DNA of 58,651 nt from Candidatus Omnitrophota bacterium (GTDB lineage: Bacteria > Omnitrophota > Gorgyraeia > Zapsychrales > JAHFFX01). The notes beneath the pieces were generated by a model. The model was given only the letters and a program-made list of their open reading frames with translations. It made no database searches and had not been told where the DNA came from. The translations under genes and the position numbers were made by a program. Of the stretch, positions 17,721-25,318 are shown piece by piece. The stretch covers positions 1 to 58,651 of the forward strand of contig JAHFFW010000015.1 in assembly GCA_023247725.1 (NCBI GenBank), read 5' to 3'. Position 1 is the stretch's first letter. Each line of letters begins with the position of its first letter.

Positions 17721-19004
17721 CTACTTAACCGTATCTCCGACCTGGAGGCTGCCGGTTTTCTGTTTGATATCGGCGGCGGAAATATCTTTTCTGACCTGAA
17801 TGACTTCGAGTTTGGCAATGTTCTGGGCGCCGCGATAGACATTGAGCATCTCTCCCATTTGAATCCCAGAATTCTCTCCCAGATCAACGATGACAAAATT
17901 ACTGTGTTCATTGATGCTGACAATCTTGCCGTTAAACCCTATCCCTTCTTGCGCATTGGCTGACACGGCGGGATTGGGGGCGGTCACAATAATGGGCGGA
18001 AGTTCCACCTCTTTGGAATCGGCGGTCTGCGCGCGAGACTGCTTAAAACTTTCATCGAGGCTTTCTTTAATTTGCCATATCTCGTCAATTCGGCCTTGGA
18101 TGAGGCCCTCGGTTTCCATGAGTTTCTTCTCCACCAAATGCTTATCTTCGGTTATCCGGGAAATGCTTTTTTCTAACGCAATCTTGGTGTTGTTCAAATT
18201 CTTAATCTCGGTGCGCAGACCCTCATTTTCTTTCTGAAGTCGATCGACTTTGTCAGAATAAAATTTACGGTCATTGCGTATGCGGGCCAATTCCATGGAA
18301 AGGTTGTCTGCCAGTTGGGCCCCGTATTGAATCTTGCGCTCCACGTCTTCGCGGGTGTCCTTGAGTTGTGACAACTGTGTATTCAAATCGGTATTTTGCT
18401 TTTTTAGCTCTTCAATCTCTAAGACTTTAGAGTCTAGTTCAACTTTATATTTTTCCAATTGCAGGCTAAGGTCCGCTCGTTCTTTGAGGACGTCCGCCCA
18501 GTAGCGATCTTGATCGGCACCGGAGGGAACCGTTTTAGCGGCGGTTTCATCCGATTTGGTTGGAGGGGCAATTTCGACAACGGTGGGAGTGGCCGACGTA
18601 GGTGATGAAGAAGCGACTTCCGACTCTTTCTCCCTGGAGGTCAATTTCGCCATCAATTCATCGCGTTCATGTTTGATCGCATCGACCCTTGATTTCCAAT
18701 CATCCCGTTCGGTGGTTATTTCACCAACCTTTGTTTTTAATCCGGTCAGTTCTTCCCGAAGATCACCCGTCTCTTTTTCCAGACCGGTTTTGGCCTCCTG
18801 AGCTTTTTGCAACTGATCTTCGAGATTTTTCTTTTCTTTGATGAGATTTTTCTCGCGCTCCTGCGACTTGTCCATTTGAATCTTAAGATCGGCGTCAGAC
18901 TTTTCCAGGACTTGTTTCTGATTCAGGGTCTGCAGAACCATAAACACACTTCCGCCCAGAAGAAGAAACAGAATCAAAATAATGACCTGCGCCATCTTGG
19001 ACAT
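17721..19004 (-). CDS. Membrane-anchored long coiled-coil protein with a small C-terminal beta domain
   Basis: N-terminal TM segment (VIILILFLLLGGSVFMVL), about 300 aa of E/K/Q/L-rich heptad-like sequence, then the C-terminal GKIVSINEHSNFVIVDLGENSGIQMGEMLNVYR. Confidence 0.6.
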   Translation of the reverse strand: MSKMAQVIILILFLLLGGSVFMVLQTLNQKQVLEKSDADLKIQMDKSQEREKNLIKEKKNLEDQLQKAQEAKTGLEKETGDLREELTGLKTKVGEITTERDDWKSRVDAIKHERDELMAKLTSREKESEVASSSPTSATPTVVEIAPPTKSDETAAKTVPSGADQDRYWADVLKERADLSLQLEKYKVELDSKVLEIEELKKQNTDLNTQLSQLKDTREDVERKIQYGAQLADNLSMELARIRNDRKFYSDKVDRLQKENEGLRTEIKNLNNTKIALEKSISRITEDKHLVEKKLMETEGLIQGRIDEIWQIKESLDESFKQSRAQTADSKEVELPPIIVTAPNPAVSANAQEGIGFNGKIVSINEHSNFVIVDLGENSGIQMGEMLNVYRGAQNIAKLEVIQVRKDISAADIKQKTGSLQVGDTVK

Positions 19005-19153
19005 GAAAAAACCTCCTTAAATTTTCTGACTTTAGTAAAGACTATATCAAAGGATAATAATCAATACAACAATATAATTGAAAATTTTGCACTTTTTTGC
19101 GCAAAGCCGCCGGGAAAATCCTCGAGGGAAAATCGATGGAAACCCCGTAAAGA

Positions 19154-19195
19154 GAAGGGCCCAGGTCTACTTTTCGGTGCAGGCCTGGGCCCTTC
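19154..19195 (-). terminator. Stem-loop after the lipoprotein gene
   Basis: GAAGGGCCCAGG...CCTGGGCCCTTC forms a 12-bp stem about 80 nt after the stop at 19273. Confidence 0.5.
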
Positions 19196-19272
19196 TCTTA
19201 CTTTTTATCCAAACTTCAATGCAATATTTTAAATTCTATCAACTCTTCATAGGCTTCCTGAGATGGAGGGTC

Positions 19273-19917
19273 TTACTCATATCGGATTTCATCCAGATAA
19301 AAGATACATTCTTGCGAATTAAAAGCGGTATTGGTTGACCAAGCAAAACCGCCGGCGATGGAAGACAAATCTCTCCCGCGTAAATCAATCGAATATTGTC
19401 TCCATTCGTTGGAAAGAATCACCGGTCCGATAATGGCAGCATCAGAATCAGGAAAATCTTTGCCCAGACCTCCTACTTTAAACTCTTCAATATGTTCTCC
19501 GCCCTTTTCTCCTTTGGCCCAAAAGGTCAGCTTGCTTGCCCCGGTTAAATTGAATCCTCCCTTCAATTGTCCCCAATTATTGGCCGGATTCAGCCAGTAA
19601 ATTCCAGCCCAGGTTTGATCCTCCTTCGAGCAGGCCACGTCATACTCAATACGGATGCAGGTTGAACCACCGTGACAGTCCTGTGTCCAGGCATCATTCA
19701 ATTTTAAACATTTTCCATTCGGCATAAAACCTGATGGAACAAAATGATTTTCCCTACTCGCCTTATCATCATAAACCCAAAACGGCCGAAAAGGATTTTC
19801 CGATGTCCGATGGTTAGCCTCTGGAACCGGAGTCGTTTGCGCCGATGGTTCGGCATTGCTTTTGCGACAACCGCTAAAAACAAAAAATAATAAAATTAGA
19901 CATAACACTTGCCTCAT
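19273..19917 (-). CDS. Lipoprotein with a probable carbohydrate-binding beta-sandwich domain
   Basis: MRQVLCLILLFFVFSGC lipobox-like signal; W/Y/G-rich beta-type sequence. Start is set at 19917, just after the upstream stop. Confidence 0.55.
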   Translation of the reverse strand: MRQVLCLILLFFVFSGCRKSNAEPSAQTTPVPEANHRTSENPFRPFWVYDDKASRENHFVPSGFMPNGKCLKLNDAWTQDCHGGSTCIRIEYDVACSKEDQTWAGIYWLNPANNWGQLKGGFNLTGASKLTFWAKGEKGGEHIEEFKVGGLGKDFPDSDAAIIGPVILSNEWRQYSIDLRGRDLSSIAGGFAWSTNTAFNSQECIFYLDEIRYE

Positions 19918-19931
19918 GGAAATAATCCTTA

Positions 19932-20798
19932 TTATTTTTCTGCGAATTGGGCCAATTTCTGTTGAGCGGCTTCGGCGGGTTTCCAGAACCATCCCTGCGG
20001 ATCCCAGCATTGGGCAAAAAAGTAATGTTCAATGAGATCTTTATAGGCCTCTTTGGCTTCCGCGTTGCTCCCGGCTTCACTTACTTCACTTAAGGCATTG
20101 CCTTTGATAAAAAGACAGGTTCCTACATCATTGAGCGCCCAAAAGGAAAAAATTTTTTCTTTGGATTCCGAAGGAAATTCAGTAAGAAATTTTTGCATCT
20201 CTTTGGCCTTTGCACCGTAAGTGTCAATACATTTATTGGTGTAGGCCAGCACTTTCTGCACATCATTATTATTGTAAGCTTCCCACGCCTTGGTGGTCAA
20301 GGTCGAGGAGCTGTTATCTCCAAAATCCACTTCGCTCTTATTTTCTAAATTAGCGAGCCGCTCTTTGGCGACCTCTGCCGGCTTCCAGAACCACCCTTTG
20401 GGATCCCAACACTGGGCCAAGGCATACGCATCAATGATTTTCTGATAAACTTCCTTGGCTTCATCCAACATATTGGCCTTGCGATAGGCTTCGGCCTGAA
20501 TAAAGAGGCTCGTCGCCACATCGTTGAGCGCCCAGTAGCGGAAAATTTCTTCGTTCGTTCCTTTCGCGTAATCCGTTAACTCCGCCTGCATTTTCTTAGC
20601 CTGCTCGGCGTAAAGTTCCAAACATTTGTTGGTATAAGCCAAAACTCCTTCAATGTCCCCATTCTCAAAGGCCTGCCAGGCCTTGGTGGTTAAGGTCACC
20701 GAGCGATAGTCGCCAAAATTGTACGCCCAAACCTCTTTGGGCTGCTGGAGTCCTACACCCGCTAAAAATAATCCCAGAATAACGATCAATTTCCTCAT
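19932..20798 (-). CDS. Secreted protein made of two tandem ~125-aa helical modules (CWDPxGWFWKPAE module)
   Basis: Signal peptide, then two modules sharing LTTKAW...VLAYTNKC...FWALNDV...AQCWDPxGWFWKPAE. Confidence 0.7.
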   Translation of the reverse strand: MRKLIVILGLFLAGVGLQQPKEVWAYNFGDYRSVTLTTKAWQAFENGDIEGVLAYTNKCLELYAEQAKKMQAELTDYAKGTNEEIFRYWALNDVATSLFIQAEAYRKANMLDEAKEVYQKIIDAYALAQCWDPKGWFWKPAEVAKERLANLENKSEVDFGDNSSSTLTTKAWEAYNNNDVQKVLAYTNKCIDTYGAKAKEMQKFLTEFPSESKEKIFSFWALNDVGTCLFIKGNALSEVSEAGSNAEAKEAYKDLIEHYFFAQCWDPQGWFWKPAEAAQQKLAQFAEK

Positions 20799-20882
20799 GC
20801 CATTTCCTCCTTCGATTCTTGTTCCGTTGTGCCTTCGCTAAGCTGACGTCTTTGAAAAAAAATCTCACCCTCATCCGAAACG

Positions 20883-23282
20883 CTATTTCCACATCTGTTG
20901 ATAACGATAGTAGGCTGTGCGCAACTGCCGCAGGAGAGGACTATGCTGGCCATTTCCTTGACCGGTTATGCCGAACCATTCCTCATAATAATATCCGCCC
21001 GGGAAAGGGCCAACCGCATCAGATTTTTTGTCATGAAAAAATGGCTCATAGTTTTTCCACCATTCGTCGGTCCACTCAAAGACGACCCCTCCTAGCGCAT
21101 TGCCGACTCCCTGCGAATATCCGACGGAATTTTCTTGGATATCATTCCAGTTGCCTTCATGATAGGCGGCTTGGGCTTCTTCGCCTTCCGCCAAACTCAA
21201 ATATTTGACGTAAGCGGGGGCGCCGTATTCAGAGATAAAGGCCGGTTTATGAGTGGCATCAGCCACTTGCTCCCAAAAAGATCCAAAGCCATAATCTCCG
21301 CGGTAGGCATTGGCGGCAAAAATATCCACATCGGGGGCTGCTTTTGCGAAGACATCCAAAAAAAGTGTATCGCCATTACAGACGGCGACGGGATGGTTAG
21401 GATCAATCGCTTTGATCATGCGGGCAACTTCGTTGACAAACTGGAAATAGGCCTGAGGCTTTTTGTCGGCGTTGGAGGCGACGCCATAGTTATTTTCATT
21501 GCCCAACAACCATATAAGTATATACGGTTCATCCTTAAAATCCAAAACCATTTTTTTGACCGATTCCATCATATTCTTTCGGTGCTCGGGATTCTCATAG
21601 TTGGTGCCCTCATACCAGCTGGCCCCTGAACCAAAGGTGTACTTGCCCAAGTAATCTCCTAAAACAACCATGAATCCAAATTTTTCGTACATCTGCCGTA
21701 AAACTTCCTTCTTAGGCTCAAAAGGCTGATGATAAATCCGCAGGCAATTAACCCCTATGTCCTTCATCAGTTGGAAATCTCCCACTACCGGCTCGTCGGA
21801 ATCCTGTTCATTATTGCGATTGGCATCCACCCATGATTCATACGGTCCATCCAGAATGCCATTCCCGTTGACATCGGATTCCATCCACGGCGTCAGGGTC
21901 CCTTTGTCGGGACTTTGGCCAACTTTGGTCGGTGAATAAGTGATGCCCTTAATCAAGAAGGGCTTATTGTCGACGAGCAATTGCCAGTGTTGGTTCTTGT
22001 ACTGGGCCAGACGAACCCGCCCTGTTCCCAATCGCTTTTTCACCGGACCCAGACGGGCGTTGTGAGTGGCCGAGGTGACTTTTTCTTTAGAAATGTCAAG
22101 CAAGCTTTTGTGTGAAATAACTCCGGGATCAGTGACGACCATGTCATTACTGACATCATTGTCAAAGCCATACATCACCGTGATCCTGGCATTTTCATAC
22201 TTCAATTTCAGTTCCGGATGCTGATGGATGATGTGCTTGATCTTCGAAATCGCGGCTTGAGCCGGATACCAAGGCGTGTGCCAATAGGTCCACCCCACCG
22301 ATTTGGGAAAATGCACAATCAAGGCATGGTAGGCCTTGATGGCCTCGTCATACATTTTGGCTTTTTCAAAAATCATGCCCAGATAAAACAGTTTAACTCC
22401 CTGCGGTTCCGGGGCGGTGATCCATTTGAAATAGGCCGCCTCGAGGTCCTCGGTGTGTACAAAATTCCAATGACTGCCCTCCAGTCTCCCTTCTGCTTTT
22501 GCCTTTTTAAAACGGGGATTATTCAAAATCGAACCATTATTGGGGTATATTCCTTCGCCGACGGCACGGGAAAGACCCTGCGGGTCGGTCACCTCGTAGG
22601 TGTAATCCTTTGTCCCGACCGCATAAAATTTTCCGTATTTGCGGTAATCGACAATCTCTTCGGTTCCCTTGAGGATGGGTTGAGGAACACTCCGCAACGA
22701 ATGGGGGTCAATCTTCTCCGCTTCTTCGCTTCTGACTCCGGTCAGGACATCGATGGAGTCCTGTGACTTTTCCGCGACCGACCAAAAATTCCCTCGGCTA
22801 GGATCCCACGCCTGGGCGTATTTATACTGGTCGATGATCTTCGAGAAGGCGGCCTTGGCCTCTTCTCCTTTGCCATTGTTCATCAAAGCCTCTGCCTGAA
22901 TGAAGAGGCAGGTCGCCGTATCGTTGAGCTCCTGGTAATCTTTTTCGCGGCCGCGACTCGGGAAATCCGTCAGCCCGCTTTGCTGCTGGCGGGCCTCAAG
23001 CCCATAAATCTCGACGCATTCATTGGTTAACTGGATGACCTTCTTGAGGTCATTCTTGCCAGAGGCCTCCCAGGCCAGACGCACATACTCTTTCGAAGAT
23101 TTCCGCGCGGAGGAGGCAGAATCCTGTTTCTTTTGAGATGTCGGTTCTGTCCTCGTCGTTTCTGCGTTAGTCAACTGCGCATTGGGCTGAGCGAAAAGGG
23201 AGGGACTCGCCGGCCTGACGCATAACGCCACGACCGTTGCCATTATCCGAAAAAAGATTTTTGATGAAAAAATTTTGCTCAT
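20883..23282 (-). CDS. Secreted glycoside hydrolase (GH2-like TIM barrel) with an N-terminal copy of the same helical module
   Basis: Signal peptide from MSKIFSS (23282), a module copy (LTNEC...AQAWDPSRGNFWSVAE), and C-terminal CLRIYHQP...WLLGNENNYG typical of clan GH-A / GH2 catalytic barrels. Confidence 0.7.
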   Translation of the reverse strand: MSKIFSSKIFFRIMATVVALCVRPASPSLFAQPNAQLTNAETTRTEPTSQKKQDSASSARKSSKEYVRLAWEASGKNDLKKVIQLTNECVEIYGLEARQQQSGLTDFPSRGREKDYQELNDTATCLFIQAEALMNNGKGEEAKAAFSKIIDQYKYAQAWDPSRGNFWSVAEKSQDSIDVLTGVRSEEAEKIDPHSLRSVPQPILKGTEEIVDYRKYGKFYAVGTKDYTYEVTDPQGLSRAVGEGIYPNNGSILNNPRFKKAKAEGRLEGSHWNFVHTEDLEAAYFKWITAPEPQGVKLFYLGMIFEKAKMYDEAIKAYHALIVHFPKSVGWTYWHTPWYPAQAAISKIKHIIHQHPELKLKYENARITVMYGFDNDVSNDMVVTDPGVISHKSLLDISKEKVTSATHNARLGPVKKRLGTGRVRLAQYKNQHWQLLVDNKPFLIKGITYSPTKVGQSPDKGTLTPWMESDVNGNGILDGPYESWVDANRNNEQDSDEPVVGDFQLMKDIGVNCLRIYHQPFEPKKEVLRQMYEKFGFMVVLGDYLGKYTFGSGASWYEGTNYENPEHRKNMMESVKKMVLDFKDEPYILIWLLGNENNYGVASNADKKPQAYFQFVNEVARMIKAIDPNHPVAVCNGDTLFLDVFAKAAPDVDIFAANAYRGDYGFGSFWEQVADATHKPAFISEYGAPAYVKYLSLAEGEEAQAAYHEGNWNDIQENSVGYSQGVGNALGGVVFEWTDEWWKNYEPFFHDKKSDAVGPFPGGYYYEEWFGITGQGNGQHSPLLRQLRTAYYRYQQMWK

Positions 23283-23292
23283 CAGGCAAGTC

Positions 23293-24840
23293 TTACGTCT
23301 CACTTCGTCTTTCATCTTTTCGTCTTTCTTCTTCTCGTCTTTCTTCGCTACGCCTTTCTTCTTTTCTGCGATCTTCTCTGCGGCGTTCGACTTGCTGTCG
23401 AATGTCATAGGCCCTGGCTTCCGAAATATCAAAAGTGGCGATAATGTAAATAGCAATCAAGGTGGTCACGATCGGAATACCGACATCGCACAACCGCATA
23501 TACAACAATGTTGAGGAGGATTGTCCAAGACCTAAGGCAATATTGAAGCCGGTCCAATTAAGAAGATATCCGCCCAGGACCGATGCGCCGGCCATACCCA
23601 GTTTCTGTATCCACCAGTAAATACCGCTGAACATACCTTCCCGGCGGGTGTCGGTCTGCAGTTCATCTAAATCACAAACATCGGCAACCATAGAAGGAAC
23701 AATGGTAAAAAGCGCTCCCAGGTGGAACGCGAGGAAAGGAGCGGCAATGAGCAGTAAATAGGGATGCTGCGGGTTATATCCCACCCATTTCAGGGCGTAA
23801 CCAATGATGGCCAGCGCCATGGTAAGCAAAAAAGTTTTCCGCTTTCCAATCTTTGAGGAGATCCATGCCGTGAAGGAGATCGCACAAAGCGTGCAAATGG
23901 AACTGAGCGTTCCAAACGTGCCGAGCAATGTGCCGCCGTTTTGATACATGGCATCCATGGCGGACAGACTTCCGTGAGCCTGCGAACCGCCAAAAACGTA
24001 GAAGAAGATCACATAAGCCGAGAAAGCGGAGGCGAGCATGAACCCGTTAAAAATCAGGAACGTCACGATGCAAAGCTTAAGAAAAGGAAGGCACTTGAGT
24101 GACGTCGCGCAATTATTCCAGAGGTCTTTGATGACATGGCTGTAGCCCTTTTCTTGATTGGCTTTCGGTAAGCTGGCGAAGTACTCTTTGTTGAAGATGG
24201 CCGGCAGAATGCCGCCGACCAAAATAAATCCCCCGACGATCAAAGCCAGTACCCGGGCGCCGTGGACAATATCGGTAAATAAATTTCTGTCGTTCATGAT
24301 CTTTAAGAACCATGGAGCGATCATCCAGACAGGCTGAGCGAAAATGTTGGCAAAGGCCTGTAATCTCGTCCGCTCATGATAATCAGGGGTCATTTCGTAC
24401 CCTAGAGCGATCCAGGGGATGGAATAACAAGCAAAGGCAATGACAAAAAGACATTGGATCGATAAGACATACCAAAAATAAAAATTCTCGCTGTGTCCCT
24501 TGTAGAGCTGAAACATCAAGGCCAATAAGATCCCCGAAAAAAGCGCTCCAAAGAATATCCAGGGTTTACGGCGGCCATATTTTGTCCTGGTATGATCGGA
24601 ACTATAACCGATCAGAGGGTCGGAAAAGGCGTCGATAAAACGGGGAATGGCTCCAATCCACCCGACTAAAGCGGGATTCACCCCCAGACCGAGATTCAAA
24701 ACGGCAATCAGCTGGCCAATAGCAGCAGCTTGGAATTGATTAACGAATGATCCTATCCCATAAACGATCTTTTGAAAAAGAGGAATGCGGTCTTCGGCGG
24801 CGGTCACGTGGTGGTTCGACTGGTCCTTGGCTTGTTCCAT
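23293..24840 (-). CDS. Glycoside-pentoside-hexuronide (GPH) family cation symporter with an Arg/Glu repeat tail
   Basis: DPLIGYSSDHTRTKYGRRKPWIFFGA GPH signature and about 12 TM segments. The last 35 aa are charged repeats. Confidence 0.85.
   Translation of the reverse strand: MEQAKDQSNHHVTAAEDRIPLFQKIVYGIGSFVNQFQAAAIGQLIAVLNLGLGVNPALVGWIGAIPRFIDAFSDPLIGYSSDHTRTKYGRRKPWIFFGALFSGILLALMFQLYKGHSENFYFWYVLSIQCLFVIAFACYSIPWIALGYEMTPDYHERTRLQAFANIFAQPVWMIAPWFLKIMNDRNLFTDIVHGARVLALIVGGFILVGGILPAIFNKEYFASLPKANQEKGYSHVIKDLWNNCATSLKCLPFLKLCIVTFLIFNGFMLASAFSAYVIFFYVFGGSQAHGSLSAMDAMYQNGGTLLGTFGTLSSICTLCAISFTAWISSKIGKRKTFLLTMALAIIGYALKWVGYNPQHPYLLLIAAPFLAFHLGALFTIVPSMVADVCDLDELQTDTRREGMFSGIYWWIQKLGMAGASVLGGYLLNWTGFNIALGLGQSSSTLLYMRLCDVGIPIVTTLIAIYIIATFDISEARAYDIRQQVERRREDRRKEERRSEERREEERRKDERRSET
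23299..23388 (-). repeat. Six imperfect 15-nt tandem repeats inside the transporter 3' end
   Basis: On the minus strand the units read gaacgccgcagagaa, gatcgcagaaaagaa, gaaaggcgtagcgaa, gaaagacgagaagaa, gaaagacgaaaagat, gaaagacgaagtgag. They encode (D/E)RRx(D/E) six times. Confidence 0.8.
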
Positions 24841-24963
24841 TAACGTCCTCCTAATTTCATTTCAAAATATCCTGTTTTAACTAATGTAAAAGACCGCCCC
24901 GAAGAAAATCCCTTGATCATACAAAATATATAACCGATCCGTGAATTAACAAAGCCATTTTGT

Positions 24964-25176
24964 TCATGCGAAAGCGGACCGCTCAAAAACGACCTTGATT
25001 CCGGTTTGATGTTCGTATTCTTTGGCAAGTTTAAGGAAGGTTTCGTACCAGTCGGTCATCGAGTGCCAGACCATAACTGTTTTGGAAGAGGATTGGGAGT
25101 GGAAACCCTGACAATTTGAAAACAAAATGCCCGATACGATGAGGATCGCCAAACTCAAAGGGGATTTTTTCTTCAT
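24964..25176 (-). pseudogene. N-terminal remnant of an ABC-transporter solute-binding protein
   Basis: 70 aa: a signal peptide plus VMVWHSMTDWYETFLKLAKEYEHQTGIKVVFE, like the first beta-alpha-beta of family-1 SBPs, then a stop. No continuation appears in any frame. Confidence 0.45.
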
Positions 25177-25238
25177 AGGATTGTTGGCTGTCTCAAATTG
25201 AGAGGACTCTAGTAAAATCCTAAAGAAAAACTTTGGCT

Positions 25239-25267
25239 ATTGTAACACGGGTCAAAATGCTTGTCAA
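25239..25267 (-). promoter_or_regulatory. Near-consensus sigma70 promoter upstream of the SBP remnant and transporter
   Basis: The minus strand reads TTGACA, a 17-nt spacer, then TACAAT. Confidence 0.55.
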
Positions 25268-25318
25268 AAAAGGACTTGGATTCAAAAGACAAAAAAATTT
25301 TCCATCTGGCTTCAGCAA

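Noticed and set aside
23299-23388. Tandem 15-nt repeats as a possible CRISPR or other non-coding array
   Set aside because: The units are contiguous with no spacers, in frame, and encode a periodic charged peptide at the end of the transporter gene.
23283-23456. N-terminal extensions of long ORFs (20883-23456, 3621-5342, 16700-17923, 39560-40402, 19273-20010)
   Set aside because: The extensions overlap the upstream gene on the same strand and lack signal or domain features. Internal starts give canonical N-termini (signal peptides, the LacI HTH) and normal intergenic spacing.
24840-25028. 62-aa ORF overlapping the SBP remnant and the gap before the symporter
   Set aside because: It is in a different frame from the SBP-like fragment and does not continue SBP homology. 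It has no RBS and is most likely non-coding.
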